From Octopus sinensis (taxonomy: Eukaryota): 64,000 bases of DNA. The translations under genes were made by a program, and so were the position numbers. The stretch covers positions 92,938,001 through 93,002,000 of the forward strand of contig NC_042998.1 in assembly GCF_006345805.1 (NCBI RefSeq), read 5' to 3'. This document shows, piece after piece, positions 36,328 to 50,570 of this stretch. Each line of letters opens with the position of its first letter. Position 1 is the first letter of the stretch. The notes under the pieces were generated by a model. That model was not told where the DNA came from. It saw only the letters and a list, made by a program, of their open reading frames with translations, and made no database searches.

Positions 36328-36690
36328 TAGTACCGGTTTCTGGTTTTCGAGTTTTTCAATCAAGAGTAAAACAAAGGTGGATATTAATTAAGAAGAAAAA
36401 CAATTAAATTGAAGAAAAAATTGAATGAAATGTTTTGTAAATATTTCCATAGTTTTCAAATAGGTGGGACATTTTCCTTAATTTCTCTCTCTCTCTCTTT
36501 TGTTTTTTGTGAAGGTTTTATCAGGCAGGTAGGTAGTAGCAGATCTGAAAAATTGTGTTGAAAACTAAGGAAATATTTACAGAACATTTCATTTAATTTT
36601 TTCCTCAATTTAATTATTTTTCTTCTTAATTAATATCCACCATTGTTTTATTCTTAGTTGAAGAAGTCGAAAAGACAAAAACTGGTACTA
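36328..36690. mobile_element. Foldback/MITE-like element with ~132-bp imperfect inverted arms
   Basis: 36328-36459 is the reverse complement (roughly 85-90% by eye) of 36558-36690. Confidence 0.7.
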
Positions 36691-36745
36691 ATGTATTTCT
36701 TGATAAAATTATAGCATTTTCTACCTTGCCTTATTTTCTTTATAA

Positions 36746-36793
<48 letters not shown>

Positions 36794-37166
36794 TGTGTGT
36801 GTGTGTGTGTATAGCACCTGTATCGACCAGATTATCGGATGTTGTAAGACATCAATGGTCACAATGTGCTTCCAATTCTATCTTGATTGCAGCCTTCTTT
36901 TCCAGCTTGGCCCAGATTGTTTAACTACTGATCCTTCAGAAAGACAGTCGCTGAAACAGGCATATAGTCTATTCGCTGGAGTTTGGAAGCTAGCAAACCC
37001 GAAGAAGTAATCATGGCCTGTCCGCCTAATTAGCGGGATGCCATCTTTTCAAAGCTAAAAAAAATTCCGGGAAATGGCCAATAGTATACTGCAGGTCAAG
37101 CAGATCATTCTACGATGGCTAAGTGAAGTCCGAACGGCTCGTCAAGGAATCCGATAACAAGAAATT

Positions 37167-37230
<64 letters not shown>

Positions 37231-37333
37231 TATACATACACGTGTGTGTGTGTTTAAAAAGAAAATATATACACATACGCACGTGCAGGCAGATATATAT
37301 ATACATATTTACATACATACATGCATACATACA

Positions 37334-38102
37334 GCACCTGATGCACAAAAGGATAGAGATGCAGGAAAAGCCGTAAAATGTGACAACCGATGCAGACTTT
37401 GTGGTGTTTACATTGAAGATATCACCCACATCACAAGCAGTTGTCTGAAAATGCTATCACAGTATTATCTACCGATGAGACATGACATTGTAGCTAGGAC
37501 ACTCTATAATGAAATCCGTCGGAAGGATAATTCCGAGAACAAAGCGAGAAGAACCCACAATATGGTAGAAGCCATAGCCACTCACAATAAAAAGGAATAC
37601 TGGTGGAATGTACCAGTGAAGACATCAATAAAATGTAAGCACAACAGACCTGATATAATGATTTGGGATAGAGAAGAGAAACTGTGCACAGTTGTGGAAA
37701 TTAGCTACTCAGCGGATGTTAACATAAAGCTGAAGGTCAGTGAAAATGAGACGACTTATGTTGAACTAGGCTTCTCAGAGCAAGAAAGGAGAAAGCTAAT
37801 TCGAAGACTACAGATCCAATCCATCACTGGAACTGTAAAAATCTGTAAAGCTTTCGAGAAGTTTATCATTTAAATATAAATGGGCATGTTTAGATATGTA
37901 ACTATATACATGAGAATACATACATAAGACATACAAATATGCTCATAGCTAAATACATACATACAAACACACATACATGCATACATTCATACAAACAAAA
38001 ATACCCTGTTGTTGATGTTGAAATTCCTAGGAACCTTGGATCTAGGTTAGAAACCGGTTCATTCTCTATTGGCAAGAAATCTTGAAATAAACTGAATAAT
38101 GA
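37334..38102 (+). pseudogene. 5'-truncated RLE-type LINE (R4/Dong-like): CCHC knuckle, PD-(D/E)xK-type endonuclease and 3' UTR
   Basis: CRLCGVYIEDITHITSSC (C-x2-C-x8-H-x4-C), RHDIVA, HNRPDIMIWD...VVEIS; internal deletion; (TACA)n at both junctions. Confidence 0.88.
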
Positions 38103-38239
38103 CATACATACATACATACAGTGTGTGTGTGTTTGTGTGTGTGTGTTTGTGTGCGTGTGTGCGTATTGTCGAGTAGTACATTCCTGGTTAGAAAGTTATC
38201 GACACTTTCACGCCGATCATTGCATTTAGCAGTATTTAC

Positions 38240-38560
38240 TACTCTTCAAGTGGTAGGAAGTGCATAGCTTCAGAGAAGTCCTCTGAGGTCAGCTGCATCT
38301 CATCTAGGTTAATTCTGTTTCTAATTACCTTTTCTTGAACTCTTTCAGTAATTTTCGTAACGAACATAATCAACATAGTGTTTGCAGTGACATTGCAGCA
38401 CCGGTCATTGGGTATGATACCTTCCTGTGCAACCTGATTGATTATGAGCGTAGCTAGCACACGTTCCACCTTGGCAAATATTTCCAGCGTTTCGGCAACT
38501 CTACCAGACAAACTGACTTTCCTGTATCCATATCCTTAACCTTTCCATCTATCACATTAG
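38240..38560 (-). pseudogene. RTE RT fragment
   Basis: IINQVAQEGIIPND...KITERV...RINLDEMQ, with internal deletions. Confidence 0.65.
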
Positions 38561-38577
38561 TGTGAACTTGGATGATT

Positions 38578-38622
<45 letters not shown>

Positions 38623-39439
38623 CACACAAGCTCGTGCGCACACACACACGGGCCTAATTTGAAATTGCCTATTTATTCAGCATCAGTGAGTGGAAGAAGT
38701 ACATAGCAACCATCCTTAAAGCACTTTTCTAAAATAACATTGTAATTTTCCCTACCACGCTGTCTTGCAATGCAGAGCATGTTGCAGGGTATGTATGTGC
38801 AAACATCTAAATACTTGTTTATTTCCTATTTAATCTCACCTGGCGTCTAGCTTCTTTACTAGCGACTTCGTATAGCTCTGCTGTCTTCTTCCTTCAAGAA
38901 TTTCAAATATCTCTTCGCTTTTATGGTATTACCTCTCCGTCACCTATCATTTGGTAGGGACCATGTACCAGCTATAGATCAAATCATTAGAAATCAGTGG
39001 GTTGCTTTGTAGAAACTTTCAGTTTTCCTTCATGTTGTGAAGCTTTATTTCTTCCTCGTTTCAGTCATAATCGTTAATTAGGACTTTTCTGAATCTTACA
39101 GCTACCCTGTCGTTTTCTCCAAATTACTAAGTCTCTGAGTTCACATCGCACTTATGATCAAGTTGCTAATCACATATGTGTTGAGAAATATATTGTTTAC
39201 TGACGAAAGACTTAACTTTTAAGATGACCTACCAAAATCTGTCTGATTGGCTCGTTTCCAGAAATTTCTATTGTTGATAGAACCTTGGTTTTTTTTTCCG
39301 CATTTCTCGCATACCTCATGCACGCCAGAAAAGCCATGTTGGTTTGCCAATACAATCGTTGTCACGATAATGGGGAGACTGATTTTGTTGTGAAAGTATC
39401 TTGCAGAAGAACTATTCATCTGTCAACTTTGTTTGCAGG

Positions 39440-39960
39440 TGCATATGAGGAGATAATTATTTTTTCCCACATTGCTTGACTCAGTTATTTTATCTTTTGA
39501 CTACTCCACTACATTACTAATATCACTTTGTGAAATTTGTACATCTGTTTCTTACTCATGAGGAGTCTGGTTGACTCTTCTTCCATCTTGCCATTGGATA
39601 CAACACACATCTACTGGCCTCTGCTCCAGTATGACCATTGCTGTATGACAAATGGGAAAGAGACATTCCTTAGTTTAAGTTGATGCATGTCCTTTGGAGA
39701 AAGCACTACTGCGTTCAGAGCTGTACCAATGGTGTAACTAGGCTGGTGGTCAGGGCATGGCAACCTTGGGAGGCAGCGAAACTAAGAGAAAAATCGACTC
39801 TGGGGATAAACCTTCACTGCTTGGTGGTGCTTGCAAAGAAGTGATGACTGAAGGAGTCAACCTTGACAGCAATTTGGTCAGAAGAAACGTTGGGGCCAAC
39901 TGCCCATATTCAACATAAAAAGGACACGAAGTTACAAAGCTGAAACACCTGACCCTTAGT
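39440..39960 (-). pseudogene. RTE 5' region / APE endonuclease fragment, decayed
   Basis: gtagatgtgtgttgtatccaa (VDVCCIQ) and IIISSYAP motifs on the minus strand. Confidence 0.55.
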
Positions 39961-40002
39961 CATGAGGATGGGGATATGTATGTATGTATGTATGTACGTA
40001 TG

Positions 40003-40219
40003 TCGTCATTTAGCTTTATTTGATGATTTCTTGTCAATAGAGAAAGAGCTGTTTTCTAACCTAAATCCAAGGCTCCTTCATTGGAATTTCAACAACATAC
40101 GTATATGTGCAGATTTCTATATTTTGTTTTATGTATGTATTCTCATGCATATAGCTGCATGTCTAGACATGCTCATATATACTCAAATAATAAACTTCTG
40201 AAAAGTTTTATAGATTTTT
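40003..40219 (-). mobile_element. 3' end of the (TACA)n-flanked RLE LINE family
   Basis: Homologous to 19682-19980 and 37850-38102; (TACA)n at both junctions. Confidence 0.8.
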
Positions 40220-40300
40220 GTATGTATGTATGTATGTATGTATGTATGTATGTATGTATGTATGTATGTATGTATGTATGCATGCATGTATGTATGTATG

Positions 40301-40334
<34 letters not shown>

Positions 40335-40418
40335 TGTATGTATACGTGTATGTATACGTGTATGCATGTGTGTGAGAGTATGTGTGTGTGTGTGTGTGTG
40401 CATGTATGCATGTGTGTA

Positions 40419-41817
40419 CAGCCTTGGCCAAAAGTATTTGGCCACCCCATTGTTTTGGGGTTCTGCAATCTCAATGTTAATGAGTTAGTTTCTTGCAGGT
40501 GGTAGGTGCAATTTTACTCCATTGTTTTCTCAACTTTTAGTACAAATGCTCTTTATTTTTTAATTGTTGAGTTTCTAATAGCTTCACCAAGAGTTCCCCA
40601 TAGGTGTACGATCGGATTTAGATCGGGACTTTGAGCGAGACAGTCCATGGGAACAATACCCTGTGTTTCAAACCATTGACGAGTATTCTTTGCTGTATGA
40701 CATGGAGCGTTGTCCTGTTGAAAGGTAACGCTGCTTTTCGATACGCCTGGATGCAATTTAGCAATTGATGGCTCTAAAAATCCAATAACATAGAAACATA
40801 GGTAGCTGAATTCATCCTTCCCTGACATAAAAACATTTCTCTGGCTCCTGTGGCAGACCTGCAGGCTCACACTATAATAAAGCCACCACTATGTTTTACG
40901 GTTGGTACCAGACATTCAGCCTTAAATGCTTCCCCAACTCTGCAACACACTACTGCAAACCTGAATAAAAACATGAAAAATACTACTAGCTTTATGTTGG
41001 ATACTTTTAAAAAATATATTTTGGGTAACAAACCAGTTACATTAAGTTTATGTGTTGATTGAATACATGTACTATCTTACTTCATAGTTACTTTCATCAG
41101 ACCATATGACTTTCGACCATTGCTCACTGGTCCAGTTTGAGAGGTTTTGGCCCACTGAAGACGTTTTTCCATATTCGCTTCAGAAACCCATGGCTTCTTC
41201 CTGGCTTTACAGCCTTTCAGACCGTACTCTAAAAGCCTTCTTCTAACAGTTCTAGTTGATGTTTGTGAAGTACTTGCCTCATTGAAGTCCGTACAGAGCC
41301 CCAACGATGTTTTTCTCCTGTTTCTGAGCGACTGACGGATGATGGATCTATCGTCACGAAGTGGTGTAACTTTTTTCTACCTGTTCTTTGTATTCGTATC
41401 TTTTGTCTCTCTGAAGCGCTTGAGAGTCATTTACACCGCACATCAGGAATATTTCATTTTCTGAGCAATTTGCCTTTGAGACATTCCATCTTCATAAGAT
41501 ACGATTTGACCTCGCTCACACTCACTCAACTCCCTTGTTTTAGACATTTTACTGGGTTTTTTTATGTGTATCTACAACGTATTTTAGCATAAAACTCTGA
41601 AATAATCAAGGAAGTTAATTTTGGACGTTGGTCTTACTCATAATTGGTTGCATATATACAGTACAGTAGTAACTGATGCTAAAAAGGGTCAACTAGGTAT
41701 TAAAACTAATGTATATTGTGAAATATACCATAATCTACCATGTGTACAAGTTTTATTAATATTGAGATAGCGAAACCCCAAAACATTGGGGTGGCCTAAT
41801 ACTTTTAGCCAAGGCTG
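40419..41817 (-). mobile_element. Full-length decayed Tc1 (DD34E) transposon with 63-bp TIRs, TA TSD and an apparent intron
   Basis: TA|CAGCCTTGGCCAAAAGTATT ... AATACTTTTAGCCAAGGCTG|TA; ATG at 41547 gives MSKTRELSECERGQIV; WSDES, FQQDNAPCHT and QSPDLNPI(V)HLW motifs (34-aa spacing, E->V); several stops and frameshifts. Confidence 0.92.
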
Positions 41818-41846
41818 TATGTGTGAGTGAGTATATATGTAATGTA

Positions 41847-41877
<31 letters not shown>

Positions 41878-43078
41878 TGTATGTATGTATGTATGTATGT
41901 AGTATGTATGTATGTATGCACGCATGCATATATGTATGTACCTATTTCTTTACTACCCACAAGGGGCTAAACATAGAAGGGACAAACAAGGACAGACAAA
42001 CGGATTAAGCCGATTATATCGACCCCAGTGCATAACTGGTACTTATTTAATCGACCCCGAAAGGATGAAAAGCAAAGTCGACCTCGACGGAATTTGAACT
42101 CAGAATGTAGCGACAGACAAAATACGGCTGAGCATTTTGCCTTTCGTGCTAACGTTTCTGTAAGTATATACCTACATACGTATGTACTTAAGTATGCATG
42201 TACTTAGGTACGTATGGTGTGGGTAGCTTGCAGCTGTAATCTCAGAATGACGCTAACACCATACTATTAGTTACATAGGGAGAAAATTAAAGTCAATGGT
42301 GCAAATGTAGTGGAAGAGGTAGGACAGGTGGTGCATTAGTTGGAACCAAATCATGGTTTGTATTTTGGTGTGCATTGGAGGTGTAACCTAGAGACAAGAA
42401 AGCAATTCTTGCAGGAACAAAAACATGATTTATATTTTGGTGTGCATTGAAGAGATAAACTAAAGACAAGAAAACAATTCTTCTTGAATTAATGGATCAC
42501 TTATATTAATTGTTGATGGTGAAAGTTAAAAAGTAAATTGGAAATTTTCATTTAGTTTTCATTAATAATAACAAACAACTTCTTCCCCCAGAGAGAAAAA
42601 GTGAATAAATATTGAAGATATTGGAGGAGGGGGTAGTTGATAGGAAGATAGATAGATAGAGAGACAAAGAGAGAGAAAGAGAGAGAGAAAGTGAGAGAGA
42701 GAGAGAAAAAGAGAAATTAAGAGATAAGGTGAGAGAGACAACTGGATAGGCAGAAAGATTAGAGAGAGGGAATATGCTGAGCTAGAATGGAGAAGAGTCT
42801 GTGAAAATAAAATTTACAGAATGAGTTTGAAATTTTATCTAGAGGCTAGAAAACATGGTTTAGGAACAAAAACATGGTTTACATTTCAATGTGCACTCAA
42901 GCGCTAAACTAGACACAAGAAGAGAATTCTTGTCTTCTTTCTCTCCCCCACAACACACTCATACTCACTCACAATCGCACACATATGTATGTATGTATGT
43001 GTGTATGTATATATATATATGTATATATATATGTATGTGTATGTATATATATATATATATATATAGATGTATATATAG

Positions 43079-43111
<33 letters not shown>

Positions 43112-43140
43112 GATAGATATATAGATAGATAGATATATAG

Positions 43141-43215
<75 letters not shown>

Positions 43216-43920
43216 TATCATCATCATCATCGTCACTGTTTAACATCTGCTTTCCATGCTAGCATGGGTTGGACGAATGACTGAGGGCTGGTGAACCAGA
43301 TGGCTGCACCAGGCTTCAATCTTGATCTGGCAGTGTTTCTACAGCTGGATGCCCTTCCTAACGCCAACCACTCCGAGAGTGTAGTGAGTGCTTTTACGTA
43401 CCACCGGCACGGGGTTAGTCAGACAGTACTGGCAACGACCTTGCTTGAATCTTTTACACATGCCACCGGCACAGGTGCCAGTAAGGCGATATATATATAT
43501 ATGTGTTCAATACATGCCAGCAAGGTAGGTGGATGTTAAATGTATGCAAATAAATACATAAATACATACATTCATTCATTCATTCATTGATACACACACG
43601 TACACACTCACACTCCTAGACATATTATATATACATACACATATACACATCATCATCAGCATTTAACGTCCACTTTCCTTGCTGCCTTAATTCAACTTAA
43701 TAATGACAAAGTTATATAACTTCTTTATTTTCAATGTTAACTGAAACAAAAGGAGAGGAAAGTGGGTCCTTCCAAATATAGAGTTTATACACACACACAT
43801 ATATATATATATGCATATATATATACATACATATATATATAGATATAGATATATACATATATACATATACATACACACTCACACACATATATATATATAT
43901 ATATATATAATATATATATA

Positions 43921-43952
<32 letters not shown>

Positions 43953-44559
43953 CAAAAGGGTTACAGGTATCCAAGGTGTCAGGTGGTATTAAACCAAGCA
44001 ATAGATTAGGTCAACCACTCATGTAGGCCAATGCAGGATTTGAATTCTGAATGGAGACAACCAGAACAAATATCACAAGGTATCCAGTTCAATGCCCTTA
44101 TAGTTTCACCAATCTATCATCCTGGAATGGCACCTTACTTTATCATATCTAAAAAGATAAAAGGCAAAGCTGACCTTGGCTGATCTGAACTCAGAGTGCT
44201 GAGTATCAGGACATATTCTGTGAGTTATTCTATCCAATGCTGTTATGACTTTACAAAGCCTCTGAGATTTTGAACATGCTGGTTGCATCCCCTCTTCTTT
44301 TAGACCTCCCTTCCTCCCCCCTTATGTCATACCTTTAGGCCTCACTGAATAAATATAGCACTAGGCTCCATCTTTGGGATGTAGTTAACACAAATTCACA
44401 TTTGGAACTTGATAAATGTCTTACATATTTTTACTGTTCCACTCACAGGTTGCACTTATAATGTACAAATTATCTGGTCAATTTCTCTTTCTGAAAAACT
44501 CAGTTTATCCAATTATTATTGGTATGAATATGAATTTATAGTCTGGATATAGAAACTGG

Positions 44560-44722
44560 AGGTTTCAAAGTAGTTGTCCATAGATATCCTGTTTTCCTTT
44601 GATTTTCAAAGAGATATTTATATCTTCAGGGCAGCTGACCTTTATGATAGTACTTACCTTTGCCCTTATGTCCCAAATAACAATATCTGGTCTGTTATGT
44701 TTACATTTGACAGACGTTTTGA
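44560..44722 (-). pseudogene. RLE fragment of the (TACA)n-flanked LINE family
   Basis: KTSVKCKHNRPDIVIWD...KVSCPEDINI; 5' junction abuts a ~400-bp (TACA)n tract. Confidence 0.8.
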
Positions 44723-46533
44723 TGTATGTATGTATGTATGTATGTATGTATGTATGTATGTATGTATGTATGTATGTATGTATGTAGGTATATGTATATA
44801 TGTATGTATGTATGTATGTATGCATGTATGTATGTGTGTGTGTGTATGTATGTATGTATGTATGTATGTATGTATGTATGTATGTATGTATGTATGTATG
44901 TATGTGTATGTATGTATGTATGTATGTATGTATGTATATGTATATATGTATGTATGTATGCATGTATGTATGTGTGTGTATGTATGCATGTATGTATGTA
45001 TGTATGTATGTGTATATATGTATGTATGTATGTATGTATGCATGTATGTATGTGTGTGTGTGTGCATGTATGTATGTATGTATGTATGTATGTATGTATG
45101 TATGTATGCATGTGTGTATGTATGTATGCATTGATGTAAGTATGTGTGTGTGTTTGTATGCATGTATACATTCTTTGCAATGAAGCAGAGATTTCGCTCT
45201 TGCTTGTTTTAGAGCTACTTGACTTTGAAGGTGAGAGTCTTAGTGGTGTTGTACAAGTTCTTATTGAGATGAAATTTCAACATGTCTTTAATATCTAGGA
45301 TGTCCTTCCTAACACCAACCACTTTACAGAGTGTACCTCAAATACAAGAGATAATACCACATCTTTGACAAGATTAAAGGTCCTTCAGTCCCATACTTAA
45401 CGTAGCACACTGGGTGCATTGTATTGTAGCATCAGCCTAGAAATAAAAGGGATAACAAAATGATGACTAGCAAGTGGTTGTGAAATGATGAGAATGAATG
45501 ATGGATACTGGTTGATCAATGGATAAAGAAGAGGTAGTGGTAAAGGGTAAGGCTCCCTTATCTAGTGGCCACAAGATGAGTCAAAGAGGGTGATAATAAT
45601 GAAGAAGGGAAAGGTTGAGTGTTAGAAAATGGGTCAATAAGTCGAGTATAATTCTTTGTTACACTGGATGCAAAGTATAGTGAACAGAAGAGATCCAATG
45701 TTAGCCTTTGTAACATCAACAGTTAAGTATAATGAATAGATGAGAGAGAGTGACTGAGAGATTTGAAACAAGGATATGAGCCATAGGGACATGAGTGATA
45801 AAGGTTCAGGCAATAGAGACAGGGGCCTGAGGAAAGATGCTTAACATCCTAACAATGATTGTATAACAGCTATGACATAGGTCCCTGAAAGAGGAAGGAA
45901 GCATAGAAGACCCACGAACAGCTGGAGAAGAAAAGTTGAATAAGGGAGGCAGACCAGTGGATGGGGAATGCGAAACCAGGTGCAAACCACATCCATTGAC
46001 AGGGCACCATGAAGAGAGAGAGAGAGAGAGAGAGACATACAGACAGAGAGAGACAGAGACAGAGACAGAGACAGACGGACAAAGTGGAAGCCTTATGTGC
46101 TTCCTGGCACAATGTGGGAAGAAGATTAGAGGCATGTGGTATATTAACATGAGAGATAAGTGATAAGAAGGATGCACAGTAAAAGGAAAGTGTGAGTAAT
46201 AAGTAGTCACATAGTAGGTACATAACAAGTTACATATGTCAATAAAAAATGCTCAATATAATAGATTACAAAATAGAGTTAAAACATGTGTGTTTGTGTG
46301 TATGTAAACGGATATTTATCAGGTTACTAAAAGTTTCATATTTTATTGCAAATTGCAATTGTTAGACTCCTGGACAACGTCACCTAACAGATGTGTTACT
46401 GTGTTCAGTGGCACATGAATTAGCTGAATATGACTGGGTGTTGTGTAGACTGATATTTAGTTTGGAAGAGGACTTTATGAAATTTTAAGTAACCCAATGG
46501 TTCTCACATTTACTATACACTCATAAATACATT

Positions 46534-46574
46534 TGCTTTTGTTTCAGTTAACATTGTTAACTGAAACAAAAGCA
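46534..46574. repeat. Perfect 20-bp inverted repeat with 1-nt spacer
   Basis: TGCTTTTGTTTCAGTTAACA-T-TGTTAACTGAAACAAAAGCA. Confidence 0.95.
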
Positions 46575-48169
46575 GTGAATTTCAATGGGAATATGGTAAC
46601 AAAAGGTTTAAAGAAGCACTGGAGTATGGTCTTGGGTTTAAGGGTCAATTCCTCTCTTTCTCCCACTAGACCTGCAAAGGATTGTGGGAACTGCCATTCC
46701 ACCTGTCTAAAAAACATGCAAAAAATTAAAACAAGGTTATCTACCTCAATTCTTTATGTATGAAATATTTTGAACAAAAACAATTTTCTACAATATTCAA
46801 AACAATTACTGCTTAACAAAATATTTTGAACAATTACTGTTTAATAACTCTTTCACTGCAAAATTAAATTTCATGATTATTCCAGTAATGATACTATATA
46901 TTTGCCAAAAGGTAGAATTGGTATTTTCTGAAAGTCACATTACTTTAATAAACATATTTCCACAAAAATTAGTTTAAAGCATGACATTCCTCCACAAAAG
47001 ATAGATTGGCATGTGAAAGTGCTTTTGGTACTTAAGGATAACAAAAATTTGAGTAGATATTACTTTTTACTTGTTACTCTTTTATTTATTCCAGTCATTT
47101 GACTGCAGCCATGCTAGAGCAACACCTTTAGTCAAACAAATCCACCCCAGGACTCATTCTTTGTAAGCCTAGTATTTATTCTATCAGTCTCTTTTGCTGA
47201 ACCACTAAGTTACAGGATGTAAACACACCTGCATTGGTTGTTAAGCAATGAGGTGGGGAAGGGGGACACAGATACACAAACATATATACATGATGGGCTT
47301 CTTTCAGATTCTGGTTACCAAATCCACTCACAAGGCTTTGGTCAGCCTGAGGCCATAGTAGAAGACACTTGCCCAAGGTGCCACAAAGTGGACTGAACCC
47401 GGGACCATATGGTTGGTAAGCAAGCTATTTACCACACTGCCCCTACATATCTGATTTCTGCAGTAAAAGGGTTAAAATATTTAGAATAATTAGTGTTTAG
47501 CAAAATATTTAAATACAAATACTGTTTAGTAGACTATTTAAAACAAATACCATTTAATTTATCTGTTGAAGAGCCTTGCTAGAAGTATATTATTTTGTAA
47601 CTGACTGTATAACAAAACAAAACAAAAGATCAAATTGCACGGGTAGAATATTTTTCATAAAATGTGAGTGGTACTCCACCTATCTTTTGAATTTTGTCTT
47701 TAAAAGATAAAAAAATATCAGTCTTCTGAGTGTTTTAAACATCAAATAATTTTCAAACAATCAGTGAAAATTATTTTTTTTTTGCAAAATTTTTCAGTGT
47801 TTTTTACTTTCTTTTTTTTGTGGCAAAAGAATATTTCAAAAATCCATAGCTTTTATTTTAATTCCTTGATTATACTGTGACAATTCAAAAGTGGTTATGG
47901 CAATGAGTAGAAATATTGAGCAATTTTGGCATCTGACACAGTTTTACAAATAAACTACATTATTTCTAATGATAAGCACTATGTGTGTATGTGTACCTCT
48001 TTGTGTGTATGTATGTGTATGTGTGTTTTTGCATGTGTGTGTGTGTATGTGTGTGTGTTTTTGCATGTGTGTGTATAACTGTCTATGTATGTGTATGTAT
48101 GTGTGCATGTGTGTGTTTGTATTTGCTTCTGCATGTGTATGTATGTGCCTCTCTGAGTAAATGTGCTTC

Positions 48170-48208
<39 letters not shown>

Positions 48209-49029
48209 ATACCTGTGCACTTGTGTGCATGTGTGCATGTGGATGTGCCCCTGTGTGTGAATGTGTGTGTGTGTGCATATATAAGTGTGTATGTGTGTGT
48301 GTGTCTGTAGTTGGTCATAAGATGCCATTGCCATGATCACAAAAGAATTTTGATGACTTGATGGTGTTATTTGGAGATACTCAAAAATGTAAAAAGACAA
48401 TTTCTGTGCAAAGCAAAACATTTTCTGGAAAACCTAAATTGACAGTATCTGTCACATTTCAAATAGTATTAAACTTTGTATGTGAACTCCCAGTGACCTG
48501 TTCTATGTCACTGAATGGTATTGATACTGAAGCAGCAATTCGACAGAATGAATGATGTCATGATATTGGCTCCATGTAGATCTTAAGAGACAAAGATGTG
48601 ACTTAGTGGTGGTAGCCGTGTGGTCTATCTAGACAGGCAAAATCTTGTAAGTTCACTTGTAAGATTTGTATTAGCAGGGCTTTAGCAGAGCTTTATCATA
48701 TACTAGCTTTATCATATACTAGCTGACCATGTGCTATCAATAATGATGGCTAATTGTAGTATTTTATATATAAATAAGGTACATAATAATCACATATACA
48801 AACATTCACATACTTCCCTTGTACACACAGACACATACACACATATACTCACACAGAGTTGAAACCCCGATTATTTTTCACCCCTTTCTTCCTTATTCAT
48901 CTACCACCCCTTCCTTTCTCTCATTGCTATTACTTTCTCTCACTCCTTCTCAGTCAGGGTTATTATTCTCACTACATCTCCTTCACTAAATTACTATTTT
49001 CTCTCCTCCTCCATGTCCAGCATGATTCT

Positions 49030-49088
<59 letters not shown>

Positions 49089-49666
49089 AATATATAAAAA
49101 CACTATGCTCATTATTTTATTAGATCTTTTACTTGTTTCACCCATTTGACTGTGGCCATGCTGGGGCGCAGCCTTGAAGGGTTTTATTCAAACAAATTGA
49201 CCCCCAGGACTTATTTTCTGAAGTCTAGTACTTGTTCTATTGGTCTCTTTTGCTGCACTACTGGATTACATGTATGTAAATGCATCAACATCAGTTGTCA
49301 AGCAATGGTGAGGGAAAAAAACAAACTCAAAGACACACATGCACATGCACATGCACACACACACACACACATATGACAGTCTTCTTTCAGTTTCTGTCTG
49401 TCAAATCCAATCACAAGGTTTTGGTTGGCCTGAGGCTATAGCAGAAGACACTTGCCCAAGATGCCATGCAGTGGGACTGAACCCAGAACCATGTGGTTGG
49501 GAAGCAGTCATGCCTGCACTGTTGAACTATTTTGGGTTGTTATGTTTACATGATCACATTGAGAAAAATGAGCAGATGCAAAAAGAAAAATATGCATATT
49601 TTTAACATGTACCGAAATGCTACAGTGGTCTTAAAAATTGCATGATGAGAATTGAGAATGATGATG

Positions 49667-49720
<54 letters not shown>

Positions 49721-49959
49721 ATGATGATGTGGAGGATGATGGTGATGGTGATTATGATGATGTGGAGGATGATGGTGATGGTGATTATGATGATGATGAT
49801 GTTGATGAGTATATGTGAAAAGAAAAATGAAAAATATATATATATATATATATACTTATACATGGTGCGATGGGTAAATTGCTGTCATTTTATATTTTTA
49901 ATTTCGCACATGTGCATTGTTTGTTTTTGATTTTGTCGACTACACAGTTTAGTAAGGTC

Positions 49960-50570
49960 AGTTGGGCACCGTCTGTGAGAAAAACAGCACCATGAGGCCT
50001 TTCACTCCGCCAGAAATTTGGAAACGACAAGCTGTGCTGCTTGGTATTCATGCCGGAAGCTCCATTTCAGAGTGTTTGGGCATCAATCTGAGTGTTTGCC
50101 GTGTCCCCAAAACATGTACCAAGAGTGATAAAAATAAAAAATCCAGTCAACATCATGATATTTGGAGTGATCACTAGTGATGGCAACATTATGTCTCCAT
50201 TCATCTTTTCACATGGCCTCAGATTCAACACAGAGGCCTACATCAAGTGTCTGGAGGGGGTTGTGCTGCCTGGGTCAAGAGGGTGACTGCTGGAAGATCC
50301 TATGTCTGGCAACAGGACTCTGCACCATAACACACAAGCAGGAGATCCCAGTCATGGCTGTCAGACAATTTTTGTGACCACAACACCTCTAACATCTGGC
50401 CACATAACTCACCAGACTGTAACTCCCTTGATTATTATGGGTGGGGCACAAGTGAGTGAGAGACAAACAAAACTCTTTGTAACACCAAAGATGAACTGAA
50501 GGCAAGGATTATGGCAGCATTCACCAACTTAAACAAGGAGACTGTCCAGAAGAGTTACAGGAGATTTTAT
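49960..50570 (+). pseudogene. DD37D (maT-type) Tc1/mariner transposase relic
   Basis: KNPVNIMIFGVITSDG...YVWQQDSAP*HT...SPDCNSLDYY; D-to-D spacing counted as 37 aa; stops and frameshifts. Confidence 0.8.

Noticed and set aside
46666-46763. Possible exon encoding DCGNCHSTC (furin-like Cys motif), and an opposite-strand acceptor at ~46714
   Set aside because: Equally plausible splice signals on both strands, no convincing donor, motif too short.
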